IMG/VR virus record: IMGVR_UViG_3300037045_000347 | Location: 1 to 50,922 of that record | DNA: 50,922 nucleotides | DNA from: a virus | Lineage: Duplodnaviria > Caudoviricetes | Reading direction: 5' to 3' (one strand) | Shown: positions 10,001-19,468 of the stretch, in pieces | Position numbering within the stretch: position 1 is the first letter of the stretch | How the letters are laid out: the number at the start of each line of letters is the position of its first letter | Position numbers and translations under genes: made by a program | The notes under the pieces: generated by a model | What the model was told of the DNA's origin: nothing | The model's input: the letters and a program-made list of their open reading frames with translations, nothing else | The model's database searches: none

Positions 10001-10861
10001 AACTTGCTGGGAGCAGCCATTGGTGCTGTTGTCGGAGGAATTGCAGGGGCTGTAACCACCAAAACAGTTCCGGTATTTGAGTCATTGGCTAAAACCTATG
10101 GTGAGATATTCGACAAAGATACTTTCGAGCTCAACCCTCAGATACTGGCAGATTATGACAAGCTGGATGATGCTACTAAATCTATCATTGATAACTGGCA
10201 GGAGATAGCCGATAAAGCCCGGGAAGCGCAGGAGCAAATGCGTCAAACCTTCTCTGATTTGGCCGGAGAAATTGGCGGTATGCTTTCTGATGAGTTAGTG
10301 AATGCTTTTCGCAGTGGTGATGTCTTTAAGGCTGTTGATTCCTTCAAAGGTAAAGTGACAACGGTAATAGAGGATATACTTTCACAACTCATTTTTGCTC
10401 AATACTTCGAAGGCTTATTCAAAAATCTCGAAAAGGAGATGATGGATAGCTTTGGCCATGATGGAGACCAAAATATAGTGGATGATATTGTTCGGTTTTC
10501 GGAAAGCTATAAAAATGCTTTGGGAGAATACTCTCAGGCAATGACTACGGTACAGGAAGAACTGGCTAAACAGGGCTTCGATATTTTCACCAACGCCCGT
10601 GCGGGAGCCAGCAAAGGTTTTCAGTCGATGTCGCAGGAGTCTGCCAATGAGCTTAACGGTAGGTTTACCGCAATTCAGGCATATACCTATCAAATTTCTG
10701 AAAGCATTAAAAGCTTGCTGATAAACAGTGCTCAATCGCTGAAATACTTATCGGGAATTGAGCGTCATACTTCAAGGCTGGAAACGATAGAAAAGTTTTT
10801 GGGAAGTTTAAAGTCAGGTATCGATGATATTAATATCAAAGGAGTGTACATAAGAGGATGA
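7004..10861 (+). CDS. Tape measure protein
   Basis: 1285 aa helical; FAATTPFDL...AKQLLAYG tape-measure domain; Gly/Ala-rich hydrophobic segment near the C-terminus. Confidence 0.92.
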   Translation: MINDSGKIWYSTGIDNSQLQKDAEKAKGLIGGIGQKAVDEGNRIDNTLSNLSRAVATVFTIQQATNFAREIANVRGEFQQLEIAFTTMLRSKERADKLMLEVVDFAATTPFDLQGVASGAKQLLAYGFTADSIRENLTMLGNVAAGVGSQIGDIIYLYGTLNAQGKVMTKDLMQFAGRGIPIYKELAAVLQVTEKEVMDLASSGQLSFQHVEQAFKNMVSSSGMFHNLMQEQSKSITGQLSNLGDSIDQMFNEMGQSSEGVITSAISGASYLVENYQKVGEIIASLVALYGTYKAAVMVFNVAQSTSIALSKGWTVAELAKFKALVMVEGAQKLLNKTMLANPYVAATMAVVSLTTALTFYARSAKKAQSETQMLSDITKEAETNIKAEITELSGLRKVLDDSTKGYSDRKKALDKIKEVVPDYHASLTTEGTLINNNSEALDSYVKKLKYTEQVRIAVAKQAEAQETLDSWKAKNRDVLANAVAKKYGGRENEMFAGEKAAMDIYKRLSDEAHKYSLVIDKLQEEMLKVTPDSTTTFTAPEKEDKNTSKLLDQIKAEKVEIQRAKEDLYFNRVEAELELLEDGSAKELAQLELNFRRKITEINRQEEELLQVFRNHAKKEWEAKGGQGAFNENTITLPKEQADEFERMRDAESKSYDIAQGDVYKKLLVKYQTYSEQRKSIEEKFQKDIAELSTKFGADSSAVRVANEQMKKALDELAKEVLQDNGSGLLDLYLFGDGTDFLTSKIKEALPLFEDITKLSYNELSKVKEIIGKVTFTDKQLSLFKEAGIDVEKLKTALDEAKESAEGMLDVQAWEKVVEMARKLTDSLGELGDSLSTFSGALGQIGKAISGISGSLDDVLTAFDKNATSTDIVSAGISGLSTLLSMVGNQIAENKQAQEEWNLKILESAQNMSLARIEMEAYKESNIFGVENPYAKAIAGVRQYSSAMLELKATANTLSQGRVQIGTKQQVDAGNVATGIGAGAAIGAAVGSFIPVIGNLLGAAIGAVVGGIAGAVTTKTVPVFESLAKTYGEIFDKDTFELNPQILADYDKLDDATKSIIDNWQEIADKAREAQEQMRQTFSDLAGEIGGMLSDELVNAFRSGDVFKAVDSFKGKVTTVIEDILSQLIFAQYFEGLFKNLEKEMMDSFGHDGDQNIVDDIVRFSESYKNALGEYSQAMTTVQEELAKQGFDIFTNARAGASKGFQSMSQESANELNGRFTAIQAYTYQISESIKSLLINSAQSLKYLSGIERHTSRLETIEKFLGSLKSGIDDINIKGVYIRG

Positions 10862-11661
10862 ACGGTGTTTTTATTTTTAATGGGATTAGTTCTGAAAGCA
10901 TGGGTGTTTATCTGATGGAGGACAGCCATGCTTCACTGCTTTCTTATCCACCTCTTAAAGAACCACTGCAAAACAGTTGGGCGGAAGAGGATGGACTGGA
11001 AGTTGATTTGTCAGCTCCAAAGCTGGATGCTGCAATCCGCAAGTTAAACTTCGTCTCTCTTTCAGGAAGGATTGATGAGTTCATAGCAACGCTTTTATCC
11101 ACTACTAAATCAGAGTTCATGTTTCCGGATTTGGGGCTTAACATCACTCTTCGATACATGGATTGTGAATTCTTTGAGTATTATTCTGGTGCTGTATTTT
11201 CACTTACCTTTTCTGAAGATGTGCCCTTTGATGGATATACCTACACTTCACCGTACTGGTTGAAAGTAGGCAGTCAGGGCGTTTCGATTGATGGCGTGGA
11301 TTTAAGTTCATACGGTATTCAGGTATTAGAAAACACACTTTCAAGCATAAGAAAAGCTCCGGCAGCAAAGGATGTAACACTCATCAACTCTCTTTCACAT
11401 CATGGACAAAAAGTCGATGAAACAAAACTAAAAAGAAAAGCCCGGGAAGTAACCCTTCATCTTTTTCTCCGTTGTGAGTACGCCTATCAGTTCCTGACAA
11501 ATTACCATGCTTTTCTGCATGACTTAACACTCCCAAAGGAAAGGGATTTAGGTGTTGATGGCCTGACGTGCAAATGCTATTACAAGCGCTCTGAGATAAG
11601 GCACTTCACACTGGAAAACGGTGTGTGGTGTGAATTTGATGTTGTGTTTTGCTTAACGTAG
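10858..11661 (+). CDS. Distal tail (Dit-like) protein
   Basis: Follows tape measure; two internally similar halves (FNGISSESMGV / IDGVDLSSYGI); WAEEDGLEVDL. Confidence 0.7.
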   Translation: MNGVFIFNGISSESMGVYLMEDSHASLLSYPPLKEPLQNSWAEEDGLEVDLSAPKLDAAIRKLNFVSLSGRIDEFIATLLSTTKSEFMFPDLGLNITLRYMDCEFFEYYSGAVFSLTFSEDVPFDGYTYTSPYWLKVGSQGVSIDGVDLSSYGIQVLENTLSSIRKAPAAKDVTLINSLSHHGQKVDETKLKRKAREVTLHLFLRCEYAYQFLTNYHAFLHDLTLPKERDLGVDGLTCKCYYKRSEIRHFTLENGVWCEFDVVFCLT

Positions 11662-11664
11662 GAT

Positions 11665-14103
11665 ATGAAGTTATTTGACAAAGGTGGTGCTGAGTTAGTT
11701 GATTTGATTGTAGGGGATGATAGCTACCGAAATCGAAGAATTATGGGGGAGGATTCCATCACCCTCAAAGTACAGCTATTTGAACATGTGGAAATCCCTG
11801 TTGGTGCATACTGTTTGCATCAGGGGGAAACTTATACCCTTTTACGGCCTCAAAACATCCGAAAAAACCACACCCGCAGTCTGGAATATACGCTTATCTT
11901 AGAGGCTTATGTCGCTAAACTGGGGCTTTATAAGTTCAGGGATACAACAACAGGAAAGCTGAAATTCTCACTCACTGGTAAGCCTTCAGATTTTATGGCC
12001 ATGCTATTGGACAACCTCAATCAAAGGGAGTCGGGCTGGGTGTTGGGCAGTTGTATTGACGCAAGTGAGAAAACCATATCTTTTAATCACAACTACTGTA
12101 ACGAAGCCCTTAAATTCATTGCCGATGCTTTCGAAACAGAATTTGAAATAACCGGAAAAACCCTTTCTCTACACAAGGTTGAATATGGCAAAGAGTCTCC
12201 ACTGGCTCTTTCCTATGGCAAAGGAAATGGCTTTAGAACGGGAGTAAGAAGGGAGAATTTCGAGAACTCACACGCAATAGACATTCTCTTTGTGCAGGGA
12301 GGAACCCGAAACATCGATGCCAGCAAGTATGGCTCAACAGAGCTTTTACTACCTAAGAGCCAAACTCTCACCTACGAAGGTAGAACATACCAAACCGATG
12401 AGTCCGGACTATTCGTTAGTCGGGCGGATAAAGCTATTTCTTTCAACGTGGAAGATAGCCTGGACTGTGCTCACATCTATCCATCACGGGTTGGAAAGGT
12501 TTCTTCAGTGGTTGTGGTAAATGCCTCAAAGAATTTTTACGACTTTATCGATGCTACAATTCCTGAAGAACTGAACTTCAGGGATCACCTGATAGCAGGC
12601 GAAAAAATGACTGTCGTTTTTCAATCCGGAATGCTTGCCGGAAAGGAGTTTGACTGCGACTATTCTCATCAGGATAGAAAATTCCAGATTGTCCCTCAGG
12701 AAATTGATGGGCAGATAATGCCTAATGAAATCTTCAAACCTGTTATCGATGATTCCTATGCTATCTTCGGGATTTCTCTACCTGAAGCATACATATGCAA
12801 TAACTCTGATAAATCGGGCTCTTCGTGGGATATGTTCCGTGAAGCAGTCAGGTACTTGTACGAAAATGAAGATCCTCGTTTTTCCTTCACAGGTGAGCTC
12901 GACCCGATTTGGGCAAAAAGGCAATGGCTGGAAATAGGTTCAAAAATCCGATTGGGTGGATATGTGGCTTTTACCGACGAACAGTTTCAGGCAGAACCAG
13001 TGTTGATACGGATTATTGGCATTAAGGATTACATCAATTCTCCTTACAGTCCTGAGATAGAACTCTCCAATGTGACTATTGGAGGTGGCTTTTCTAATAC
13101 CATTAAAAAGCTGGAAACAACCCAAGTCGTAGTTGAACAAAAACATCAAGAGTCTATCCGCTTTGCAAAAAGAGGTTTCCGTGAAGCTCAGGAAACAACC
13201 GAACTACTCAAAGATGCTTTTTCTAACTTCAACGGCTCTATTTCCCCTGTAACCATCAGTACGATGCAGCTTTTGGTTGGTGATGAAAGCCTGCAATTCC
13301 GCTTTGTTGATTCAGTTGATACTTCCATCGAAGTATACCACCTTATTTTCTTTGATGCAGGAACAAAGATTTTACATTCAGAAGCAGGGGTTATTCAGCA
13401 CATGACTATCGGGGTTGACCAGATTTCTACTTCTCACAACCGAAAAGTATGGTTTATGGAAGCATATCAGTCGCCCTATTTGGATAAACCGGACACGGCA
13501 TACTACTTATACGCCAAAGTTGAGCGGGATGGGGATACGGGCGTTTTCCTGCTTTCAGAACAACCAATAAAGATGGAGGAGTTCACCGGATATTACCATC
13601 TATTGGTGGCCATTGTGAATTCAGAATATCAGGGAGACAGAAGTATCGCCATCTTGTATGGATTTTCAGAAATTCTGCCCGGGAGGATTACAACAAAAAG
13701 GATAGTTTCATCGGATGGAAAAACCTATTTCGATCTTCAAAACAATCAGATTGGAGGGAATATAAAATTCATCTCAACGGATGGGGATTACACCGATATT
13801 AACGACAAGATAACCGATGTAGAAGAAAACGTAACTTATAAAGTAGAGATTTTCAGCACAAACGGAAATACATTTCGTAATGATTTAATTGATACTACTC
13901 TTATAGCGATGGTTTACAGAGGCAAAGAAGAAATTACATCAACTCTACCTCACACAGCCTTTCGATGGGTGCGTCAATCAGATAATCCGGATTCTGATAC
14001 AACATGGAATCAAAGGTATTCAACTTTTCATTCTCATGTGCTCGTAATCAACAGCGATGATGTTGATGGCAGGGCTGTATTTAATTGTCAGGTAAGCATT
14101 TAA
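11665..14103 (+). CDS. Tail tip/baseplate hub protein with a C-terminal Ig-like domain
   Basis: 812 aa; IMGEDSITL, LSYGKGNG, GGTRNID, HIYPSRVG motifs; follows Dit-like gene. Confidence 0.75.
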   Translation: MKLFDKGGAELVDLIVGDDSYRNRRIMGEDSITLKVQLFEHVEIPVGAYCLHQGETYTLLRPQNIRKNHTRSLEYTLILEAYVAKLGLYKFRDTTTGKLKFSLTGKPSDFMAMLLDNLNQRESGWVLGSCIDASEKTISFNHNYCNEALKFIADAFETEFEITGKTLSLHKVEYGKESPLALSYGKGNGFRTGVRRENFENSHAIDILFVQGGTRNIDASKYGSTELLLPKSQTLTYEGRTYQTDESGLFVSRADKAISFNVEDSLDCAHIYPSRVGKVSSVVVVNASKNFYDFIDATIPEELNFRDHLIAGEKMTVVFQSGMLAGKEFDCDYSHQDRKFQIVPQEIDGQIMPNEIFKPVIDDSYAIFGISLPEAYICNNSDKSGSSWDMFREAVRYLYENEDPRFSFTGELDPIWAKRQWLEIGSKIRLGGYVAFTDEQFQAEPVLIRIIGIKDYINSPYSPEIELSNVTIGGGFSNTIKKLETTQVVVEQKHQESIRFAKRGFREAQETTELLKDAFSNFNGSISPVTISTMQLLVGDESLQFRFVDSVDTSIEVYHLIFFDAGTKILHSEAGVIQHMTIGVDQISTSHNRKVWFMEAYQSPYLDKPDTAYYLYAKVERDGDTGVFLLSEQPIKMEEFTGYYHLLVAIVNSEYQGDRSIAILYGFSEILPGRITTKRIVSSDGKTYFDLQNNQIGGNIKFISTDGDYTDINDKITDVEENVTYKVEIFSTNGNTFRNDLIDTTLIAMVYRGKEEITSTLPHTAFRWVRQSDNPDSDTTWNQRYSTFHSHVLVINSDDVDGRAVFNCQVSI

Positions 14104-14128
14104 AAATTTTCAATCATTAAATAAGAAT

Positions 14129-15535
14129 ATGGCAAAATTAGTTTCAACAGGACAAATTACTATCGTTGATAATAACGATGCAAGGCCGATAACGGCATTT
14201 ATCACTGCTAGTCAGGGAACACAACAAATCTACACAAAGGATGAGAGTACGGTTACCTCAGTTCCAAACTGGTCATCGACTCCAAATATATTAAGTGCAA
14301 AGGTTTATGTTGGTGGTACTTCTTCGGCAGTTGATGTAACAGCACAATTAGCAAACAGAAAGTGGTCGAACGATCTTAACACATCCATTGGAAGCGGAAC
14401 AACCCTGACAGTAAACTCAAACATGGACCCGGTTTCTGCTCCTTCAAAAGTGTACTACTTTGAAGCTGACTATACCGATCCTATTACTGGACTGGTTTCT
14501 CATATTATTGCTCAAATCACACTAACAGTTGTCCGTACTGGTACAAATGCTGTTTATCTCTTGCCAAGGGGAACAACAGCTATTCAGCAAGCGGACGGGA
14601 GTGCTAAAAATGTGGCAGTTGTTTGCGTTGACTTGGTTCGTGCAGCAGGAATTGATACTTCGGGTATTACCTACAAATTCTACGAATCAAATGGTACAGC
14701 TCAGGTTACAACCTCCATGAATACGAAATACGGTATGAAAACCACATCAACTTCTTCAGCACCAACTGGAAGTGCTACTGATATTGGTGTGAGCTTACCA
14801 GCTTCTAATGCATGGTCGGCACATAATACACTGGTTATTCACGAAACGGCAGTTGCCGATATTGCTGTGTTCCGTGCTGAAGCTAAAGATGCTGATGGTA
14901 ATATCTATCAGTGTTATTTTACCATTTATGATGTTTCTGATCCATATGAAGTCAAGCTCATATCTACAGCCGGAGAAAAACTTCAAAACGGAGTAGGTAG
15001 TACAAATATCTATCCCATGGTTTGGAACGGAGCAAGTCAACTGAGTTTGGGTGATACTGCCAACTGGTCGTTCACGTGGTTTTTCTACGATGGTGCTGCT
15101 CCTGGCAATCGTGCCGGATTTATTGATACAACCCGAACAGCCGTTGCTGGTGGACGAAGCATAACGTCAAATACCGCAGGAGCAGGTAGTGTGATAACAT
15201 ATTCGGGTGCTGCAATCACTTTTGCTGCTGGTGATATGGTGAAAATTGTAAAGGGAGATGGAACCGCCAAGTACTTCGAAGTAGCAAGTGGAACCACTAC
15301 ATCAAACCTTACATTAAGAGCAGCTACTATTTCTACATTTTTAAATAGTCCATGGCCTGCTGCTTCGATTACATCCAATGAATTTGCGGGAGGTAAACTT
15401 TATGTATGTACAGGTTCGGGAAGTACTGCCGGAACAAGAACAACAACGGGTACTGGTTCTTCCAACTTCATCACGGTAACAGGTGATGAAATTGATGGTA
15501 AAGGAACCATTATCTGTGAAGCAAATCGCCCATAA
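14129..15535 (+). CDS. Ig-like repeat tail fibre protein (candidate polymerising shaft subunit)
   Basis: Thr/Ser/Gly-rich beta protein with three Ig-like units and a free N-terminal strand KLVSTGQITIVD. Confidence 0.7.
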   Translation: MAKLVSTGQITIVDNNDARPITAFITASQGTQQIYTKDESTVTSVPNWSSTPNILSAKVYVGGTSSAVDVTAQLANRKWSNDLNTSIGSGTTLTVNSNMDPVSAPSKVYYFEADYTDPITGLVSHIIAQITLTVVRTGTNAVYLLPRGTTAIQQADGSAKNVAVVCVDLVRAAGIDTSGITYKFYESNGTAQVTTSMNTKYGMKTTSTSSAPTGSATDIGVSLPASNAWSAHNTLVIHETAVADIAVFRAEAKDADGNIYQCYFTIYDVSDPYEVKLISTAGEKLQNGVGSTNIYPMVWNGASQLSLGDTANWSFTWFFYDGAAPGNRAGFIDTTRTAVAGGRSITSNTAGAGSVITYSGAAITFAAGDMVKIVKGDGTAKYFEVASGTTTSNLTLRAATISTFLNSPWPAASITSNEFAGGKLYVCTGSGSTAGTRTTTGTGSSNFITVTGDEIDGKGTIICEANRP

Positions 15536-15544
15536 TTATTCTAC

Positions 15545-15575
15545 GAGGGCTGTTGCGTAGCAGCCCTCTTTTTTT
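15545..15575 (+). terminator. Rho-independent terminator between the two fibre genes
   Basis: GAGGGCTGTT-gcgt-AGCAGCCCTC followed by T7. Confidence 0.8.
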
Positions 15576-15598
15576 ATAAACAGACTTTTTAAGTTGAT

Positions 15599-18514
15599 AT
15601 GTCCAAATTAGTTAGTACTGCACAAATAACACTTACAGATCAGAACGACTACATCTTTACGAGTCCAACTCCCCCAACAAATCCAATTGTAGGATTGACT
15701 TTGTGGATTGATACTTCAATTACTCCTAATCAATTAAAGCGATGGAATGGCTATGATTGGGAGATCGTTAATGATGTGAAGATCGGAGGAACAAACTTAC
15801 TCCCTAATTCCAGCTTTGAGGATAAGTTTAATTTTTGGACTATTCATGGTGCTGAAGTTTCAAGTTGTCTTTCAAATGGATATGACGGAGGATTATGTCT
15901 TTATATCGCTGGTTCAGGTTATTATAATGCTGGAATACACATACCATCCTTCACATGTGAGTCTGGGCAGGTTTATACCTTTAGTTGCATGGTAAAAGTT
16001 GAAAAGGTGGGAACTCGTGTGGTTTTGGGATGGAAAGACAGTGCTACATCCTCTATTCAGCAACAGCTATCCACTTTGCCTTTGAATGTATGGCGTAAAG
16101 TTCAGATAACTTTTATGGGTGATGGTTCTTCAGTACCAGTATTTCTAATTTCAACAGGCTATAATTTATACATTGACCATGTAAAATTAGAGAAGGGAAA
16201 TGCTGCTACTGACTGGTCCCCCTCTCCAAATGACACGGTAAAAATTGCAGGTAGGAACTTGTTGTTAAATAGTGGTGTACCTGTTATAAGCACTGCCTAT
16301 TTTGTTAAGGAGTATCCGGCTTCTTCTTTAACTGCTAATACAAATTACACCTTAGTTGTAAAAGCTATTGTTGCTTCCGGCCAATCTTTAGGTGTTTATT
16401 GGAATGGTGGTTTTAACTTAGCATTAATTTTTAGCAGACAGGAGGGAGAAAGTTTATATTACTCTCATATAACAAGCCCCGGTACTCTTACTAATTACTC
16501 TCTATGGTTATATAACATGCCTAATTCGGGTGCACAAATGACAATCAGGTTTGCTTGTTTGTACGAAGGTCACATTTCACCACCGATTGACTGGTCGCCA
16601 GCACCGGAAGATATGCTTATACAGCTGAATGATATTTCAGATGATAACAAACTGACTCCTGATGAAAAACAAAGGGCTTTAAAGGAATGGGAGTCCATAC
16701 AAAGTGAAGTTAGCCCGATAAGAACACAGGCTGATATTTTTAAAGTGAGTCGTACAATCTATGATGCTGTATATACCACTTTGAATTATTACATATCGCC
16801 TTTATTATCAAATCTCACTACAACAAGTGATATAGTTGGTTCGACATTCAGATCACGGTTTAATGATTATTATACTGCAAGGACAAATTTGTTGTTAGCC
16901 ATCAGCAAGCAGCAAATGGACAATGTTGATAACATTATTGTAGGTGGTGAAAATCTTTATAACGACAATTGTGGTTTGTCCGTTTGGTCTCCCGGTGGCT
17001 CAACACCAACAGTTACAAGAAACACTCTAAACTCACCAAATGGCTTTGAATTTCAAGCTTCAGATGGTGGAAATGGGGTGGATGTTCGTGTGTCACAAGT
17101 AATACATGGCAATGGTTATTATGTTGTTTCATTTTGGGCAAAAGTAGTTTCAGGTACCCATTCTATTAATATAGATTTGGCCGATAATTTTGCAGGATCA
17201 TTTGTTTTGAATACCAGCTGGAAAAGAATTGAAGCTGTTACAAATGTGCAGAATTACACTCAAACAATCTACCATTTTGTGGATATTTCTACCAGTTCAT
17301 TCATGACCTGTTATATAAAGGATTTTCAGGTTCAAAGAGGTAATAAATCTACGGAATACAGAAAATCTACGGAATTTATCACTCAAGCAATACAGGGTAG
17401 CACTGATATTAACGGAGGTCTGGTTGCAACTCATTTGTTGATGCTTAAAAACAGTAGTAATACTATAACAGGTGGAGTATCTGGTTTAAGTTCAGATAAT
17501 ATTGGATTTTGGTCAGGAGGAACTTACAGTGAAGCATTAAATGGATTAGTAAAGGCACTAATTAGAAAGGATGGAAGTGGTCACTTTGCAGGAGGCAATA
17601 TAAACTGGGACATCTTGGGGAATATCTCCCTGCGAGGTTTTGTCGATGCTATTGGAGGTAGAATCGGTGGAATGACAATTCAACACAACTCATTGTCAAG
17701 TAATGGGATTCGCTTTTCGGACACGCCTGTAGAAACTCTCGCAAGTTTATTAACTCCTTCATCTGCATCGTTTTATTACCAGTCAAGTTGGAATGTTGAG
17801 GCGCAAAATCAAACAGCCCGTGCTTATACACAACAAATCTACCTTTCTTTTGAAGCAAGCATTTCATTTGTTGCATCCACATATTCAGATGGAGTTGATA
17901 GTAGATGGAGAGTTGAAATAACAGGTAATGATGGCACAGCTATTTACGTTGATTCAGGTTTAGGAGGATTAAATCAAAAACTTTACACTGTGAGTTTGGG
18001 TGTGGGCACATACATTATTAGCGTTTATTCATTCAGCACAGCAATAATTCATCAGATAGCTACAAATGCGGCAATTATCTCAGGTTCTCTCTCAAGTAAT
18101 GTTATTCAAGCTACCGGATACATGAATCAAACTAAAGTAGGGAATAATGGTTTATACTCTTTTTGGAGCAATCAGCTTTATCTATACTTTTCTAGTCTTG
18201 CCGGATTTGAACTAAAAGGTCCAACGAACATGCCTGGAGTTTTAGCTAGTGGAAGTATATCCAGTGTAGGAGGTCATACAAACTATTGGGGTGCTAAGAT
18301 AAACTCCTCAAACGCAAGTTACAGTGGTACTGGTATTTATGATGTGCCACATAATGCAGGGTCTGTTTATCAGGTAATGATTCAGCCTACAATCGATAAT
18401 GTTCGGGCATCTGTCACATCAAAAGGTTACAATAATTTCAGGGTTCAGATTCGAACTAACTCAGGCACAGCAACAATGGGAAGTTTTGATTATGTGATTG
18501 TTGGGAGTAATTGA
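15599..18514 (+). CDS. Tail fibre / receptor-binding protein with three carbohydrate-binding-like modules
   Basis: 971 aa; repeats opening G(T/R/E)NL(L/Y) and closing KLEKGNAATDWSP / EGHISPPIDWSP / QVQRGNKSTEY; last gene of the tail module. Confidence 0.75.
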   Translation: MSKLVSTAQITLTDQNDYIFTSPTPPTNPIVGLTLWIDTSITPNQLKRWNGYDWEIVNDVKIGGTNLLPNSSFEDKFNFWTIHGAEVSSCLSNGYDGGLCLYIAGSGYYNAGIHIPSFTCESGQVYTFSCMVKVEKVGTRVVLGWKDSATSSIQQQLSTLPLNVWRKVQITFMGDGSSVPVFLISTGYNLYIDHVKLEKGNAATDWSPSPNDTVKIAGRNLLLNSGVPVISTAYFVKEYPASSLTANTNYTLVVKAIVASGQSLGVYWNGGFNLALIFSRQEGESLYYSHITSPGTLTNYSLWLYNMPNSGAQMTIRFACLYEGHISPPIDWSPAPEDMLIQLNDISDDNKLTPDEKQRALKEWESIQSEVSPIRTQADIFKVSRTIYDAVYTTLNYYISPLLSNLTTTSDIVGSTFRSRFNDYYTARTNLLLAISKQQMDNVDNIIVGGENLYNDNCGLSVWSPGGSTPTVTRNTLNSPNGFEFQASDGGNGVDVRVSQVIHGNGYYVVSFWAKVVSGTHSINIDLADNFAGSFVLNTSWKRIEAVTNVQNYTQTIYHFVDISTSSFMTCYIKDFQVQRGNKSTEYRKSTEFITQAIQGSTDINGGLVATHLLMLKNSSNTITGGVSGLSSDNIGFWSGGTYSEALNGLVKALIRKDGSGHFAGGNINWDILGNISLRGFVDAIGGRIGGMTIQHNSLSSNGIRFSDTPVETLASLLTPSSASFYYQSSWNVEAQNQTARAYTQQIYLSFEASISFVASTYSDGVDSRWRVEITGNDGTAIYVDSGLGGLNQKLYTVSLGVGTYIISVYSFSTAIIHQIATNAAIISGSLSSNVIQATGYMNQTKVGNNGLYSFWSNQLYLYFSSLAGFELKGPTNMPGVLASGSISSVGGHTNYWGAKINSSNASYSGTGIYDVPHNAGSVYQVMIQPTIDNVRASVTSKGYNNFRVQIRTNSGTATMGSFDYVIVGSN

Positions 18515-18806
18515 AGAGTTTCAAAATTCTCATTTGACAATTTGATGAATTGTCATGATTTTTTTTCTATGTGCTAACATTAGGGGGATCAGTGATTTTG
18601 AAAAAAAGTTATAGACTTGGATAGTTGAATTAGAATGTTAATTATATTCAAATATAGAATAATATTTAGACTAGCATTCCTGCATTTCATTTATAAACTC
18701 CATGACAAATATCAATTAACATTGCTATGGATGTGAATGGTGTTTTGTATGTGTATGTAACATTAAATTCTTTACTGACAGAGTTTAATTTACAATCTCG
18801 AAAAAT

Positions 18807-19454
18807 TTATATAATGCGTGAAGTCCTTGCAAAGTTTATAAGTGTGCTTACATTATGTGTACCTGTTTTACGCAATATATTTTTTCGGTGAGTATTCACG
18901 GTTTGTTCACTTATAAATAATTTATCAGCTATATTCTTATTCGTAAAACCGTCATTTATCAATTTTATAATTTCAAGCTCTCGATTAGTTAGTGAAATTC
19001 GTTCAACTTCTTTTGATATTTTATTATATTTTTCTATCTCGTCCAAAATTTCAGTTGAGAAATAATCGCCGTCTTCATAAACAACTTTAATAGCATCCAA
19101 TAATTCGTTTTTATTAACGGATTTAGGTAAAAAGCCTTTAATATCTGCTTTTGTAGTTAATTCTGAAATAGTTTTTCCATCAATATTCATGGATAGAATA
19201 ATGATTTTGAGTTCTGGAAAATCATTCTTTAAAATAACAGCCATTTCATAACCACTTATTTCCGGCATCATTAAATCAATCAGTACGATATCAGGCTGTT
19301 CCGGTGCATTTTTAAGTTTTGAAATAAAATCACTTCCGCGTGTTGAATCAAATATTACTTTCCCTTTATTATAACTTTCCAACAACAATTTAAGTCCATC
19401 AATTATTATTTGGTGGTCATCCAGAATTGCTATTTTAATAATCTCACTAACCAT
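18807..19454 (-). CDS. NarL/FixJ (LuxR-family) DNA-binding response regulator
   Basis: LDDH, IDLMMP (phospho-Asp), GFLPK receiver motifs; LTNRELEI...IADKLFISEQTVNTHRKNI helix-turn-helix. Confidence 0.95.
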   Translation of the reverse strand: MVSEIIKIAILDDHQIIIDGLKLLLESYNKGKVIFDSTRGSDFISKLKNAPEQPDIVLIDLMMPEISGYEMAVILKNDFPELKIIILSMNIDGKTISELTTKADIKGFLPKSVNKNELLDAIKVVYEDGDYFSTEILDEIEKYNKISKEVERISLTNRELEIIKLINDGFTNKNIADKLFISEQTVNTHRKNILRKTGTHNVSTLINFARTSRII

Positions 19455-19468
19455 AAATATTTATATAA

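Noticed and set aside
17345-17375. 13-bp duplication AAATCTACGGAAT in the fibre gene
   Set aside because: In-frame local duplication (KSTEY/KSTEF) with only two copies and no sign of function
1964-17882. Numerous 60-110-aa alternative-frame and antisense ORFs within structural genes
   Set aside because: Fully nested in long, motif-supported genes and without recognisable features
18535-18555. TGACAATT-N5-AATTGTCA inverted repeat after the fibre gene
   Set aside because: AT-rich 8-bp stem; could be a weak terminator or operator but occurs once and cannot be assigned
15599-18806. Diversity-generating retroelement or invertible tail-fibre switch
   Set aside because: No reverse transcriptase, invertase, or template/variable repeat pair seen in the window
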